DNA from: an uncultured Parachlamydiaceae bacterium
Lineage (GTDB): Bacteria; Chlamydiota; Chlamydiia; Chlamydiales; Parachlamydiaceae
Assembly (NCBI GenBank): GCA_963742415.1
Contig: CAVULX010000003.1
Span: 96,001 to 160,000 of the forward strand
DNA: 64,000 bases
Direction of reading: 5' to 3'
Each line of letters starts with the position of its first letter. Within the stretch, counting starts at the first letter, position 1. The notes below the pieces were generated by a model that was not told where the DNA came from, ran no database searches, and saw nothing but the letters and a program-made list of their open reading frames with translations. Positions 1-10,185 of the stretch are shown piece by piece. Position numbers and translations under genes: made by a program.

Positions 1-647
1 GTTTTTAGCTCTGTAGAGGGCCTTAAGAGATATTTCTTCTGTACTTCCTGAATGGAACTAAAAAAGTCTGTGCCAGCCACCCCACCTTCATTGATGTCGA
101 TCGACCTTACCATTAACCGTAAAAATAGATAATCCATGGTCACCGGCGACATCAGTGTCGGTTGTGAAGTGAAGGCAAAAAGCGTCGATTGTTCCCCGCT
201 TAGGCGCCGGATCGTTTGATCCGCTATGTCTTTAGCGGTATCAAGCCTCGATGTTTGATTATATGTATCTGTCACTGACATCGATGCAGAGGCGTCGATA
301 AGAAAAATGACATTGTGAAAGCGGCGCTTCAACTTAACTTCGACGTTTTTGACTTGAGGTTTTTTCTTCTGACCTTGCTTTTCTTCTGGATAATGCGCAT
401 TTCCTTGAGGCCCCATCAATGCAGCCACACACAAAAGCCAAACCATCGACAGCATCCCCACTTTGCTCCAATAAATCACATGGGGGCGCTCAACTAAGAT
501 GCGCTGTAAAACTTTCGGATCGCCCCATAAATGCAAAGCAGTGTTGCGATACATAAATAGCGACCATGCAAGCCACAACGGGATAAAAACGAGGAAAAAG
601 GCAAATGCAGCTTGAGGCGAGATATAAGTGAGGTCTTGCGGAATCAT
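1..647 (-). CDS. BatB-like von Willebrand factor A domain membrane protein (partial, runs off window start)
   Basis: Manual translation from ATG 647 (ATGA overlap with upstream stop): MIPQDLTYISPQAAFAFFLVFIPLWLAW..., two hydrophobic segments, then VIFLIDASASM (MIDAS DxSxS). Confidence 0.85.
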   Translation of the reverse strand, partial: MIPQDLTYISPQAAFAFFLVFIPLWLAWSLFMYRNTALHLWGDPKVLQRILVERPHVIYWSKVGMLSMVWLLCVAALMGPQGNAHYPEEKQGQKKKPQVKNVEVKLKRRFHNVIFLIDASASMSVTDTYNQTSRLDTAKDIADQTIRRLSGEQSTLFAFTSQPTLMSPVTMDYLFLRLMVRSIDINEGGVAGTDFFSSIQEVQKKYLLRPSTELK

Positions 648-1780
648 GGCACCCTCTTCATCAATGTGGCATTGAGGAGAGCAGCAGCTAGCAGCAAAAT
701 TAATGCGGCTCCAATAAAATAGGGATATAAATAGATTTGCCTATAAAGACGGGGCAAGTTCTCTTTCGAAACAGCTTGCTGCAACTGTTTTAAGAGCTCT
801 TCTTGTTGAGAAAAAGAGGTTTTTTCTAAATGGTCGATTTGATCGTAAATTTGATCCAAGCTGACTCCTCCAGTCACTAAATAAAAGTCCCCTCCTGTCA
901 ATTTCGCAGCTTCTTGCATCTGGCGGCGGTGCGGTGCGAATTCGGGTGTCGCTATCTGCGGTTCGACATTGATAATATAAAGTCGGATATTTTGTTGTTT
1001 CGCATATTCAGCTGCGTCGGGAATATTCATACTGCGCAAACGATTCCCTTTGTCCAAAGGATTAGACTCTTGAACCCCATCCGTCACTAAAATCATAATA
1101 GCGCTTTTGAGATTATAAGCAGGTTCCCCCTCCTCAATTAAGTCCATCGCATAATGCCTTGTAGCCGAAATTAAATTTGCCGTCTTATAAATCGCATAGC
1201 CAATCGATGTGCCCTCTTGATCTTTAGCTTTTTGAATCGAAAAGTTTTTCAGCACTTCCAAAAGAGACCGGTGATCAAGAGTAAGCGGAGCTAACACCTG
1301 GGCGCCGCGTGAAAACCCAATGATCCCAATCATGTCATTAGGCCGTTCTTTGATAAAGTCTGTCGTGACAAGTTTCAAAAGGTCAATTTTCGGAATGTGG
1401 CGGTGGTTCCCATTGGGTAGGACAGCATCGATCCGCTCAGCCATCGAACCCGATTGATCCAGGATTAAATAAATGGCGATCCCTTCCACAGGTTCAGGGC
1501 TAAGATTTTGAAGATTTTCAGGCGATTTTGGCAAAAAGAAATGGGGGTTGATGAAAGCAATCCATAAACAAGCCAAAGCGGTGTATTCGAGTGTTTTTGG
1601 AAGTCGAGAAAAATTTTGACGCCAGCTCGAAGGGGCAGCCAAAAGGGGGTCGAGATTTGAAAACTTGAATTTAGGAGTAAGAAAGCGTTGAGACCAAAGG
1701 TAGAGAAAATACCCCCCAACAAGGATTATTAGTCCGAAATAGAAGGCCTTTCCATCTATCGCAAAAGATATATCACCCAT
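644..1780 (-). CDS. BatA-like vWA domain membrane protein
   Basis: N-terminal TM segments, LILDQSGSM MIDAS, APLTLD, GTSIG, ILVTDG, C-terminal TM. Confidence 0.9.
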   Translation of the reverse strand: MGDISFAIDGKAFYFGLIILVGGYFLYLWSQRFLTPKFKFSNLDPLLAAPSSWRQNFSRLPKTLEYTALACLWIAFINPHFFLPKSPENLQNLSPEPVEGIAIYLILDQSGSMAERIDAVLPNGNHRHIPKIDLLKLVTTDFIKERPNDMIGIIGFSRGAQVLAPLTLDHRSLLEVLKNFSIQKAKDQEGTSIGYAIYKTANLISATRHYAMDLIEEGEPAYNLKSAIMILVTDGVQESNPLDKGNRLRSMNIPDAAEYAKQQNIRLYIINVEPQIATPEFAPHRRQMQEAAKLTGGDFYLVTGGVSLDQIYDQIDHLEKTSFSQQEELLKQLQQAVSKENLPRLYRQIYLYPYFIGAALILLLAAALLNATLMKRVP

Positions 1781-1803
1781 TTTTGACTCTATTCAATAGA
1801 GGT

Positions 1804-2619
1804 CTACTCCACTCCAAAAATATTTAAAAGCCGATCCAGGTCATCGAGATTATAATAATCGATCGTAATCTTTCCCCTTTTACCTCGACCTTGGATAGTA
1901 ACCCTAGTTCCCAACTTCCGTTGAATTTTTTCTGCGAGCTGTTCTAGAAAAAAGTCTCTATTCGTATAAACCAAAGACTGCTTTTTTGCCTTTTCAGCAA
2001 TCCTCAAAGCCGCTTCCTCGGTCTCCCTTACTGTTAAATCATCCCTCAGAACCAGCTGATGCAAAAGATTTTGCTTTTCAAAACCTTCTAGGGAAAGGAT
2101 CGCCTTCGCATGCCCCATCGTGATGAGGTCAGCAGAGACACTATCTTGAATGTTTTTGGGCAATCCAAGCAAACGCAAATAGTTTGCGACGGTCGATCGC
2201 TTTTTCCCAATTCTAAGGGCCAATTCTTCTTGCTGAAAACCAAATTGCTCTATCAAGCTGCGAAGGGCCTTAGCAATTTCAATCGGATTAAGATCGACCC
2301 GTTGAATATTTTCAATCAAAGCGGCTTGGGCCGAAACGGGGTTTGATGTACGGCGGACCAAAACAGATATTTTGTCTAAACCCGCCAATTGCGCAGCTCG
2401 GAAACGTCTTTCTCCTGAGACGAGCTCATAATTGCCGTTCCCTTCAAGCGGGCGAACGACAGGGGGATGAATCAATCCAACAGCTCGGATCGATTGAGCC
2501 AATTCTTCCAATTCTTCGGCTGAAAAGCGGCGTCTGGGCTGGTAGGGATTGACAACGATGCTATTTAAAGGAATTTCTAATAATTCTTCGTTTGCTACAG
2601 CGGTGAGAGTTGCAGTCAT
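1804..2619 (-). CDS. parB: ParB/Spo0J chromosome partitioning protein
   Basis: NPYQPRRRF, LVSGERRFRA, ALIENIQRVDL, HTH RSTVANYLRLL; start moved to ATG 2619 (MTATL). Confidence 0.95.
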   Translation of the reverse strand: MTATLTAVANEELLEIPLNSIVVNPYQPRRRFSAEELEELAQSIRAVGLIHPPVVRPLEGNGNYELVSGERRFRAAQLAGLDKISVLVRRTSNPVSAQAALIENIQRVDLNPIEIAKALRSLIEQFGFQQEELALRIGKKRSTVANYLRLLGLPKNIQDSVSADLITMGHAKAILSLEGFEKQNLLHQLVLRDDLTVRETEEAALRIAEKAKKQSLVYTNRDFFLEQLAEKIQRKLGTRVTIQGRGKRGKITIDYYNLDDLDRLLNIFGVE

Positions 2620-2697
2620 ATTTTTCTTTACAGAAATTTTATTTCCTTTATGATTAATTTCTATTCCATTTTTTGTCATTAATTTAAAAGCAGAGAC

Positions 2698-3498
2698 ATG
2701 AATAAAAAACAACCGCAACCGCCCCAAGCCGAATCCTTTCAATGGCACGAAGCACTCGGGGAAAGTAGGGGAATCCAATGGCTATCAGACCATGGAAAAA
2801 ACCTTCTTTGGATATTGCTTGCAGGTTTCTTGACCTTTCTTCTCATCTATAGGCTCACAGGGGGAAGTAAAAATGGGGTCGAGCAAGACTATTTTAAAGC
2901 AGAAAATGACTTTGCCTCTATCCGTAAAGCAAAAGATTCAAAATCTCAACTTGAAGAGCTAAACAAATTCACAGCCCTTTTAATGAAAAGACCTGAGCTC
3001 CAATCCAAATATGATGGAATGGTTGCCCAACTCCTCTTGGATGAAGGGGATCTAAAGCAAGGGGAATTTTTTGCTGAACGGACCCTTTCGCGTGTATCAA
3101 AGAATCATTTGCCTTTATATGTCGACTACGCCAAAACCTCTTTGGTCATCTCCAATGGAAAGTATGAAGAAGCTTTGACCCAGGCGGAAGCTTTAAAAAA
3201 AGAGATGATCTCCCAAAATGAAAACCCTGATAAGACAAAAGAATTTGGGGATGTTTTATATCTCTTTAACTTATTACGGATTGCGATGCTTCATCAACAT
3301 TTGAACCGCAACGCAGAAGAGTTGAACGCATGGGAAGAGTTCAAGAAAGCCCCTGTGCAAAGTAGTGAGCACGCCTATGTGGTTAATCCTGAAGTGTTTG
3401 AGAATTTTGCCAAACACCTACAAGAAGGAAAAGCCTCAATCTTTAATTATATTGAAGCCAGAGAAAAAGCATTAAAGTTATCAAGTTCAAGACAATAA
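2698..3498 (+). CDS. membrane-anchored helical (TPR-like) hypothetical protein
   Basis: 266-aa ORF, single TM (LLWILLAGFLTFLLIY) then helical-repeat-like sequence. Confidence 0.75.
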   Translation: MNKKQPQPPQAESFQWHEALGESRGIQWLSDHGKNLLWILLAGFLTFLLIYRLTGGSKNGVEQDYFKAENDFASIRKAKDSKSQLEELNKFTALLMKRPELQSKYDGMVAQLLLDEGDLKQGEFFAERTLSRVSKNHLPLYVDYAKTSLVISNGKYEEALTQAEALKKEMISQNENPDKTKEFGDVLYLFNLLRIAMLHQHLNRNAEELNAWEEFKKAPVQSSEHAYVVNPEVFENFAKHLQEGKASIFNYIEAREKALKLSSSRQ

Positions 3499-3762
3499 AC
3501 TTGCAACTTTTTTAAAGAATTTGTTACACATCACATTAAGTGATATTATGCCCAAAACCAGTGGGACGCCGGAGCACAAAAGGAGGTGACACAAGTCAGT
3601 GGCAAGCTCGAAACCACGATCTTTGGGTTTTTGGAAAAATGAGTCAGAAATAGAACTCGCCACAGTAGGACGTTAAGTTGGCTGTGCGAGATTAAAAATT
3701 AAGAGGGGAACAACTGTTCTCTCGAAGCTGCCCTTGAAATATAAGGCAGATGGAGATTAAAC

Positions 3763-3936
3763 GTGAGTCCGAAGCAAAGCTCACTCGCGTTTGATGAGTT
3801 CAATGAACAAAACCACGGACATGAGCATGAAGTGCGTTTTGAACCAGAATTGAATCTACTTGTCAATACGCGACTTATCGGTGGCTCTTCATCGCAAATC
3901 ATTGAGATTTCAGGAAGAGTGACAGTTTCTTTCTAA
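3763..3936 (+). CDS. putative 57-aa small protein (MSPKQSSLAFDEFNEQNHGHEHEVRFEPEL...GRVTVSF)
   Basis: GTG start with GGAG at 3752-3755; stop followed by a terminator hairpin; below ORF-track cutoff. Confidence 0.4.
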   Translation: MSPKQSSLAFDEFNEQNHGHEHEVRFEPELNLLVNTRLIGGSSSQIIEISGRVTVSF

Positions 3937-3958
3937 TACAGAAAGGAAAACAAATCTT

Positions 3959-3995
3959 AAGGCGGCTAAAGCTCTTCAGCTTCAGCCGCCTTTCT
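3959..3995. terminator. probable intrinsic terminator, possibly bidirectional
   Basis: AAGGCGGCT...AGCCGCCTT stem between the small ORF and the convergent HEPN gene. Confidence 0.65.
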
Positions 3996-4038
3996 AATTT
4001 GGAAGCATGAAAAGTGTACAAATTAATTTTTTGGATTT

Positions 4039-4488
4039 TTAAGACATTAAATTTGGATGAAATTCATTAAGCCAATTAATAACATCTTTCTTAAATTCAA
4101 TGACTTCATTCAAAAGTTCTTTAAGATCAGATTCAGAAATTTCACCAACTCTATCATAGTCGGTAACGTTTCTTTTGGCTCGGCATGCATCAAAATAGTT
4201 TGACCTTTGCCTTTGGTTTTTATCCATAAAGTCTGGAAAAGATAAAATGGTTATCCAATGATGCCCTCCAATACTAGACTTAACGCGATACCCAGCTGCA
4301 TGCATAACTATTGTTGCAAGTTGGAGGGCTGCATTATATGCAGTAGCAAATCTTCTGTCAGTAGAAAGCTGTTTAATTTTCGCGTCTTTTAAATCACGAT
4401 CAACAAGTTTAAATAAATTTAATATTTCAATTTTACTTGTTGAATGTTGTTGTAAACGACCTTCACTTATCCATTTTTTTAAACTCAC
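4039..4488 (-). CDS. HEPN-domain protein, putative toxin of HEPN/MNT pair
   Basis: FATAYNAALQLA, GYRV, GHH, RAKRNVTDY (Rx4Y-type HEPN motif); probable GTG start at 4488 overlapping the MNT gene. Confidence 0.8.
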   Translation of the reverse strand: MSLKKWISEGRLQQHSTSKIEILNLFKLVDRDLKDAKIKQLSTDRRFATAYNAALQLATIVMHAAGYRVKSSIGGHHWITILSFPDFMDKNQRQRSNYFDACRAKRNVTDYDRVGEISESDLKELLNEVIEFKKDVINWLNEFHPNLMS

Positions 4489-5056
4489 TTTCTTCTCCAA
4501 CTAACCAGATTTTAGGACTGTGCAAAATTTCTTTTACAAATGGATTTTTATTTTTTACTTTTTTGTTAAATTCTTTTTCAGAATATACTGTAGGATTTAT
4601 TTCTCTTCCTAATTTTCTTCGAGATTCGCTTAAAATATTTGCTATATCGCGTATTCCTAGATCACCGATTATAAATAGGTCAATATCACTGTTCGATGAT
4701 TCTTTTCCACTTGCCATAGAACCGTAAATAAACCCGAATGTAATTTTCTTTTTTATTGGCTTCAAATCTTCTTTTAACAAATCACCAAAAAGAACTGTTT
4801 TAAATAAAGCATGTTTTATGTCTTGAAATGCTGGGTGTTTCTGGTTTGCTTTATAATAAGAGCGATTTCCTGATTTAGTTTTTTCGATTAATCCCGTCTC
4901 TTCAAGACGTTTTAACGCTCTCTGGACTTGTATTAACGCATGTCTTGTGAATTCGACAATATTCGACTGATAAAACACCTCGTCTGGATGAGTCAAAAAA
5001 ATAGACATAACATCCACGAAAGACCGGTTAGGAAACAATTTGATAAAATGATTCAT
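4463..5056 (-). CDS. wHTH + minimal nucleotidyltransferase (MNT) antitoxin
   Basis: N-terminal winged HTH (VQRALKRLEETGLI...GNRSYY); YGSMASGKESSNSDIDLFIIG Pol-beta NTase motif. Confidence 0.88.
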   Translation of the reverse strand: MNHFIKLFPNRSFVDVMSIFLTHPDEVFYQSNIVEFTRHALIQVQRALKRLEETGLIEKTKSGNRSYYKANQKHPAFQDIKHALFKTVLFGDLLKEDLKPIKKKITFGFIYGSMASGKESSNSDIDLFIIGDLGIRDIANILSESRRKLGREINPTVYSEKEFNKKVKNKNPFVKEILHSPKIWLVGEESEFKKMDK

Positions 5057-5058
5057 AG

Positions 5059-5096
5059 CACAACAATTTTTAGTCGATTAACTACATTTTGTTGTG
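5059..5096. promoter_or_regulatory. inverted repeat upstream of MNT gene, candidate autoregulatory operator
   Basis: CACAACAA...TTGTTGTG arms enclosing TAGT..ACTA, 2 bp from the start codon. Confidence 0.4.
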
Positions 5097-5148
5097 AAAA
5101 TATCACTTATTTATTTTTGTGTAAAGTACGAACCTCTTAATAAAAAGT

Positions 5149-5178
5149 TTGACCGAATGTGAGTTTTGGAGATATGCT
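5149..5178 (+). promoter_or_regulatory. sigma66-type promoter of aroB operon
   Basis: TTGACC-N18-TATGCT. Confidence 0.4.
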
Positions 5179-5203
5179 ACCGCTATTTATCATGTGATTT
5201 GTT

Positions 5204-6292
5204 ATGCGAATCTCTATTCCCAAGTTCCGCTGTGATATTGTTCTTACAGATAAAGACTTGAGCAGCTTAAGTGAATTCTTTGCCAAAAACCGAGAAGCTT
5301 ATTCAAGCTGCGCCATTGTTTCAAACGAAGATGCCTATGCCCGCTACGGGCAACAAATTTTGCAAATTGTGCAAGCGCAACATTTTCCTATTCATCCTAT
5401 TTTACTGCCTAGAGGGGAAAATGCAAAAACACTAGAGGCCGTTTCCCAGTGTTGGAACGAAATGCACGGAAAAGGGTTGGATCGGAAATCGATTATCATC
5501 GCTTTGGGCGGAGGATCGATCACCGATGCTGCAGGCTTTGCCGCTGCTTGTTATATGCGGGGAATCGATTCTATCAACATCCCCACGACCTTACTGGGAA
5601 TGGTCGATGCCGCCATCGGGGGCAAAACGGGGATCAACATCCCTTCAGGAAAAAATTTGGTCGGCGCTTTTCACCATCCCCGCCTCATTCTCATTGCACC
5701 CCATTACTTGGAAAGCTTGCCTGAAAGGGAATTCCGCTCGGGCCTCGCCGAAGTGATCAAGGCAGGGATCATTTGGGATGCCGATTTGGTCGACTTCTTA
5801 GAGCACTTTTTGCCTAGTGTCCTAGCAAAAGATGGGGAAAAAATTAAAACGATTCTCGCACGCGCTTGCAAGATTAAAGTGGAGATCATCCGGATGGATG
5901 AAAAGGAAAAAAGTCTCCGTTCCATCCTCAATTATGGTCACACTTTTGGCCACGCCATCGAAGCCTTAACTCATTACACCGAATATACCCATGGGGAAGC
6001 TGTTGCCATAGGGATGAGTTGCGCTGCCTTCACCGGACTCGAGCTGGGATTAACAGACAGTGACTTTGTTCGGCGGCAAGACGCTTTATGTCAAAAGGCC
6101 GGTTTGCCTACCCAACTGCCAAAAAATATCGACCTAGATGCTTTAATTCTTCAGATGTTGCGCGACAAAAAGAATATTGGTGGAAAAATCCACTTGCTTG
6201 TTCCTCGCAAAATAGGCAAAGTAGACAAGATTTGCGATGTTGAAACCACCATCATCCACCGAGCCTTATCAAAAAAATCATCTGAAAATTAG
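5204..6292 (+). CDS. aroB: 3-dehydroquinate synthase
   Basis: GGGSITDAAGF, PTTLLGMVDAAIGGKTG, KNLVGAFHHP, LNYGHTFGHAIE, HGEAVAIG. Confidence 0.97.
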   Translation: MRISIPKFRCDIVLTDKDLSSLSEFFAKNREAYSSCAIVSNEDAYARYGQQILQIVQAQHFPIHPILLPRGENAKTLEAVSQCWNEMHGKGLDRKSIIIALGGGSITDAAGFAAACYMRGIDSINIPTTLLGMVDAAIGGKTGINIPSGKNLVGAFHHPRLILIAPHYLESLPEREFRSGLAEVIKAGIIWDADLVDFLEHFLPSVLAKDGEKIKTILARACKIKVEIIRMDEKEKSLRSILNYGHTFGHAIEALTHYTEYTHGEAVAIGMSCAAFTGLELGLTDSDFVRRQDALCQKAGLPTQLPKNIDLDALILQMLRDKKNIGGKIHLLVPRKIGKVDKICDVETTIIHRALSKKSSEN

Positions 6293-6305
6293 GATTGATA
6301 GAACA

Positions 6306-7430
6306 TTGGAAGAATTGGAAGCCTTGGCTGCCTTGTGCGCCATGCCCCATCTGGGGCCTGTAAAAATTCGATTGCTCTTAAAGCGCTTTGGCAGTGCTTG
6401 TCAAGCCATTCAGGCTGAACCTCTTGAAATAGCAGAGCTCCCGGGTTTTAATCCTAAGATAATGAGTGGATGGAAAACCGGGTTGCATCAAGAGGCGTGG
6501 CAACGTGATTTGGAGCTTGCCCACAAGCTAGGTGTCCATCTCATCCCCTTTAATAGCCCAGAGTATCCTAAAGGGTTATTGGAACTCCCTGACCACCCTG
6601 TTCTGCTTTACGTCATGGGAAGCCTCACCCCCCAAGATCGGTCGAGCATTGCCATCGTAGGGACAAGACATCCAAGCATCTATGGCCTTGAGATGGCGGA
6701 AAAAATAGGCCATGATTTAGCCGCTCGACAAATGACCGTTGTGAGCGGACTTGCGCGTGGAATCGACACGGCAGCTCACAAAGGAGCCCTCTCTGCCGGA
6801 AGGACCCTAGCAGTCATCGGTTCAGGATTAGCTAATGTGTACCCTCAAGAAAATTGGGAGTTAGCTAAAGCCATTGCAAAAAATGGGGCATTGATTAGTG
6901 AGTTTCCGATGGCGACACCTCCCGACCGCCTCAACTTTCCTCAACGAAATCGGATTGTTAGCGGAATGACCTTGGGGACATTATTAATTGAAGCCCCTTT
7001 GAAAAGCGGAGCCATGATCACGATGGATCGGGGTAAAACTCAAGGACGCCCCTTGTTTGCCTTGCCCGGGAGGGCCGATGGAGAAAATTTCCAGGGAAAT
7101 CATGATCTAATCAAACGGGGGCACGCACAACTCGTTGAAAATGCGCAAGACATTTTAACCCATTATCAAGACTTATTTGCCTTGCCATCAAAGTCTTATG
7201 TAGTGCATAATAATGTTTTTTTAGAAAAAGAGGAAGAGGAATTTCTAAAGATGCTTCCTGTAGAAGAAACTTCTATTGAGGAATTAGAGCAACGCACAAA
7301 ACTTCCTATCAGAAAAATACATGTTTTGTTAATGAGTTTAATTATAAAGCGGATCATCAAAGAATACCCCGGTAAAGTATATAAGAAGATGACACGGGAA
7401 TGTAAGGAGAATCCATGGGCAAATCGTTAA
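6306..7430 (+). CDS. dprA: DNA-processing protein DprA (Smf)
   Basis: AIVGTR, VSGLARGIDTAAH, NFPQRNRIVSG, SGAMIT; probable TTG start 6306; precedes topA. Confidence 0.95.
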   Translation: MEELEALAALCAMPHLGPVKIRLLLKRFGSACQAIQAEPLEIAELPGFNPKIMSGWKTGLHQEAWQRDLELAHKLGVHLIPFNSPEYPKGLLELPDHPVLLYVMGSLTPQDRSSIAIVGTRHPSIYGLEMAEKIGHDLAARQMTVVSGLARGIDTAAHKGALSAGRTLAVIGSGLANVYPQENWELAKAIAKNGALISEFPMATPPDRLNFPQRNRIVSGMTLGTLLIEAPLKSGAMITMDRGKTQGRPLFALPGRADGENFQGNHDLIKRGHAQLVENAQDILTHYQDLFALPSKSYVVHNNVFLEKEEEEFLKMLPVEETSIEELEQRTKLPIRKIHVLLMSLIIKRIIKEYPGKVYKKMTRECKENPWANR

Positions 7431-9988
7431 TTATTGTCGAGTCCCCTGCCAAAATCAAGACTCTCAAAAAGTTTTTAGGTCCAAATTTTGTGTTTGAATC
7501 TTCGATGGGGCACATCCGTGATTTGCCAGAAAGGGAATTTGGAATTGATATCGAACATGATTTTGAGCCTAAGTATACATTATTGGCCGACAAAACGGAA
7601 ACCGTTAATCGGCTGAAGAAAGCGGCAAAAGAATGTGACACGGTCTATCTCTCCCCCGACCCCGACCGCGAAGGGGAAGCTATTGCCTGGCACATCTCAC
7701 AAATTCTGCCGAAAACGACAAATATCAAGCGTGTTTCTTTCAATTCGATTACAAAAGATGCTGTCGTCAGAGCCTTAAAAGATCCGAGAGATATCGATCA
7801 AGCTTTGGTCAATGCCCAACAAGCGCGCCGCCTGCTCGATCGGATCGTCGGTTACAAAATTTCTCCAATCCTCAACCGAAGGATCCAACGGGGAAAAGAA
7901 AGAGGGGTCTCTGCAGGACGCGTCCAATCGGTCGCTTTAAAGCTTGTCGTTGACCGGGAAAAAGAGATCGAAGCTTTTAAACCCGTAGAATATTGGAATT
8001 TAGGAGCCATATTAAAAACCGAAGAGGGGGAAAAGGCCTTTCGAGCTAATCTCTATTCTGTAGATGAAAAGAAGGTAGAAAAAGAACCATCCCCGGAAAA
8101 GATGTTTATTTGATCAGCAATAAGGCTGCCGCCGATATCGTGCTCGCCAAAATGAAAGGTCAGCCGTTTAAGGTGGAAAATGTTGAAAGAAAAGAAAAGC
8201 GGCGCAATCCTGTCCCCCCTTTTATCACATCGACCTTGCAGCAAGAAGCCAGCCGCCATTATGGCTTCTCTTCTTCCAAAACCATGAGTATTGCCCAAAG
8301 CCTTTATGAAGGTATCGACTTGGAAAATGAAGGGGCAGAAGGGTTGATCACCTACATGCGTACCGACTCGGTCCGTTTAGCGCCGGAAGCTATCGATGAA
8401 GCTCGAAGCTATATTCGGGATACTTTCGGGGAGATTTACTTGCCGCCCCAGCCCAAGGTTTATACATCCCAAAAAAGCGCCCAAGATGCCCACGAAGCCA
8501 TTCGCCCAACAAACTTGCAACATCCCCCTGAAAAGATTCAATCCTACCTTTCTAAAGAGCAATTTTTACTTTATCAACTGATTTGGAGACGTTTCTTAGC
8601 TTCGCAAATGGTCCCTGCCATCTACGATACGATCAGTGCCGATATTTCAGCTGGCCCCGATGTGCTCCTTCGAGCGACAGGATCAATCATCAAGTTTCCC
8701 GGCTTTTTGGCCGTCTACGAAGAAAAAGTGGATGAAGAAGCGGGGACGATGAAGGAAAAATGCTTCCTCCTTTAGTGAAGGGCAAATGTTAAACCTGATA
8801 GAATTGACATCCGACCAAGCCTTTACGAGACCGCCTCCCCGTTATACCGAAGCCTCTTTAGTGAAAGAGCTTGAAAAATCGGGCATTGGACGCCCTTCCA
8901 CATATGCCGCCATCATGAATAAAATCCAAAGCCGAGACTACACCGTCAAAGAAAGCGGCCGTTTGAAGCCTACGGAGCTGGGGTGTGTCATTGCAGCTCT
9001 TTTGGAAAATAATTTTCATCAAATCATGAATATTGGTTTTACAGCTTCCATGGAAGATGATTTGGAGCTGATCGCCGAAAACAAAAAAGACTGGAAAACG
9101 ATCATCCGGGAATTTTGGAAAGATTTTAGCCCTACGTTGGAAACCGCCGAAAAAGAAGCCTTTGTACCTAAAGTGATGACCGATATCGATTGCCCTATAT
9201 GCGGTTCCAAACTCCAAAAAGTATGGTTTAAATCAAAATATTTTTATGGATGTTCCCGCTATCCTGAATGCACTTATTCCGCCCCCATAGAAGAACTCTC
9301 CTTTAATAAAGAGGACTATGCGGCAGACTTTGATTGGAATCAAAAGTGCCCCGTTTGCGGGAGCGACATGAAGGTGCGCCATGGACAATTCGGCGCTTTT
9401 TTAGGATGTACAAACTATCCTAATTGCAAAGGGATCGTCAATATTCCTAAAAAAGGGGAAGTCGTCATCGCTCCGGAAGATATGCCCGCATGCCCGGCAA
9501 ACCATTGCCCCGGGCAAATGGTCGCGAGAAAATCCCGCTTTGGGAAAACATTTTATTCCTGTTCCACATTTCCTGAATGTGATGTGATTGTGAATAACTT
9601 GGATGATTTGACTGAAAAGTATCCCGATCATCCCCGGACACCTTATGTTAAAAAAGATAAAAAAGGGCGTGGCAAAACTGCTGAAGCTGCAAAAAAAACA
9701 CCCTCTAAAGCTAAAGCAATTAAACAAGAAAAACCAAAGAAGTCCCGCGCCATGCCGCCGGTGTCTTTAAGCCCCGCCTTGGCTGACTTAGTCGGCAGCC
9801 AAGAGATGGCTCGTGGAGAAGTGATAAAAAAAGTATGGGACTATATAAAAGAACATCAGCTTCAAGACCCAAAAAATAAGAGGTTGATCCGCCCCGATCA
9901 AAAGCTTTCCTCTGTATTTGGAAGCTCAGACCCTATTGATATGATGAAAATGACGGCTGTTCTCGCCAAGCAGATGAAAAAAATCTAG
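7415..9988 (+). CDS. topA: DNA topoisomerase I with zinc ribbons and C-terminal SWIB domain; frame broken by three apparent 1-nt deletions (~8085, ~8742, ~8773)
   Basis: IVESPAK, DPDREGEAI, SAGRVQS, GLITYMRTDS, GIGRPSTY, C4 zinc fingers, SWIB (KKVWDYIKEHQLQDPKNKR) spread over ORFs 7415-8113, 8110-8775, 8786-9988. Confidence 0.92.
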
Positions 9989-9992
9989 CACA

Positions 9993-10083
9993 AATTAGAT
10001 GGACGAAGGGGGCAAAGCGGGCGCAGCGGACATGTGAAAGGGATGTCCGCTGCGCCCGCTTTGCCCCCTTCGTCCATCTAATT
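9993..10083. repeat. perfect 41-bp inverted repeat, 9-nt loop, GC-rich with 9-mer periodicity
   Basis: AATTAGATGGACGAAGGGGGCAAAGCGGGCGCAGCGGACAT (9993-10033) and exact reverse complement (10043-10083). Confidence 0.95.
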
Positions 10084-10185
10084 CCCTATTTTAAACGGAA
10101 TAGGAGCATGTTTTTTTTAATTCGCAGAAGATCTATAAAAATTTTTGGATTGAAAAAAAAATAATGATCTTTTAAATAATACCGC

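Noticed and set aside
1780-2700. parA partner or parS site near parB
   Set aside because: No parA ORF and no GTTTCACGTGAAAC-like palindrome seen.
8080-8790. Programmed frameshifting in topA
   Set aside because: Three successive shifts would be needed and no clear slippery site with stimulatory structure is seen.
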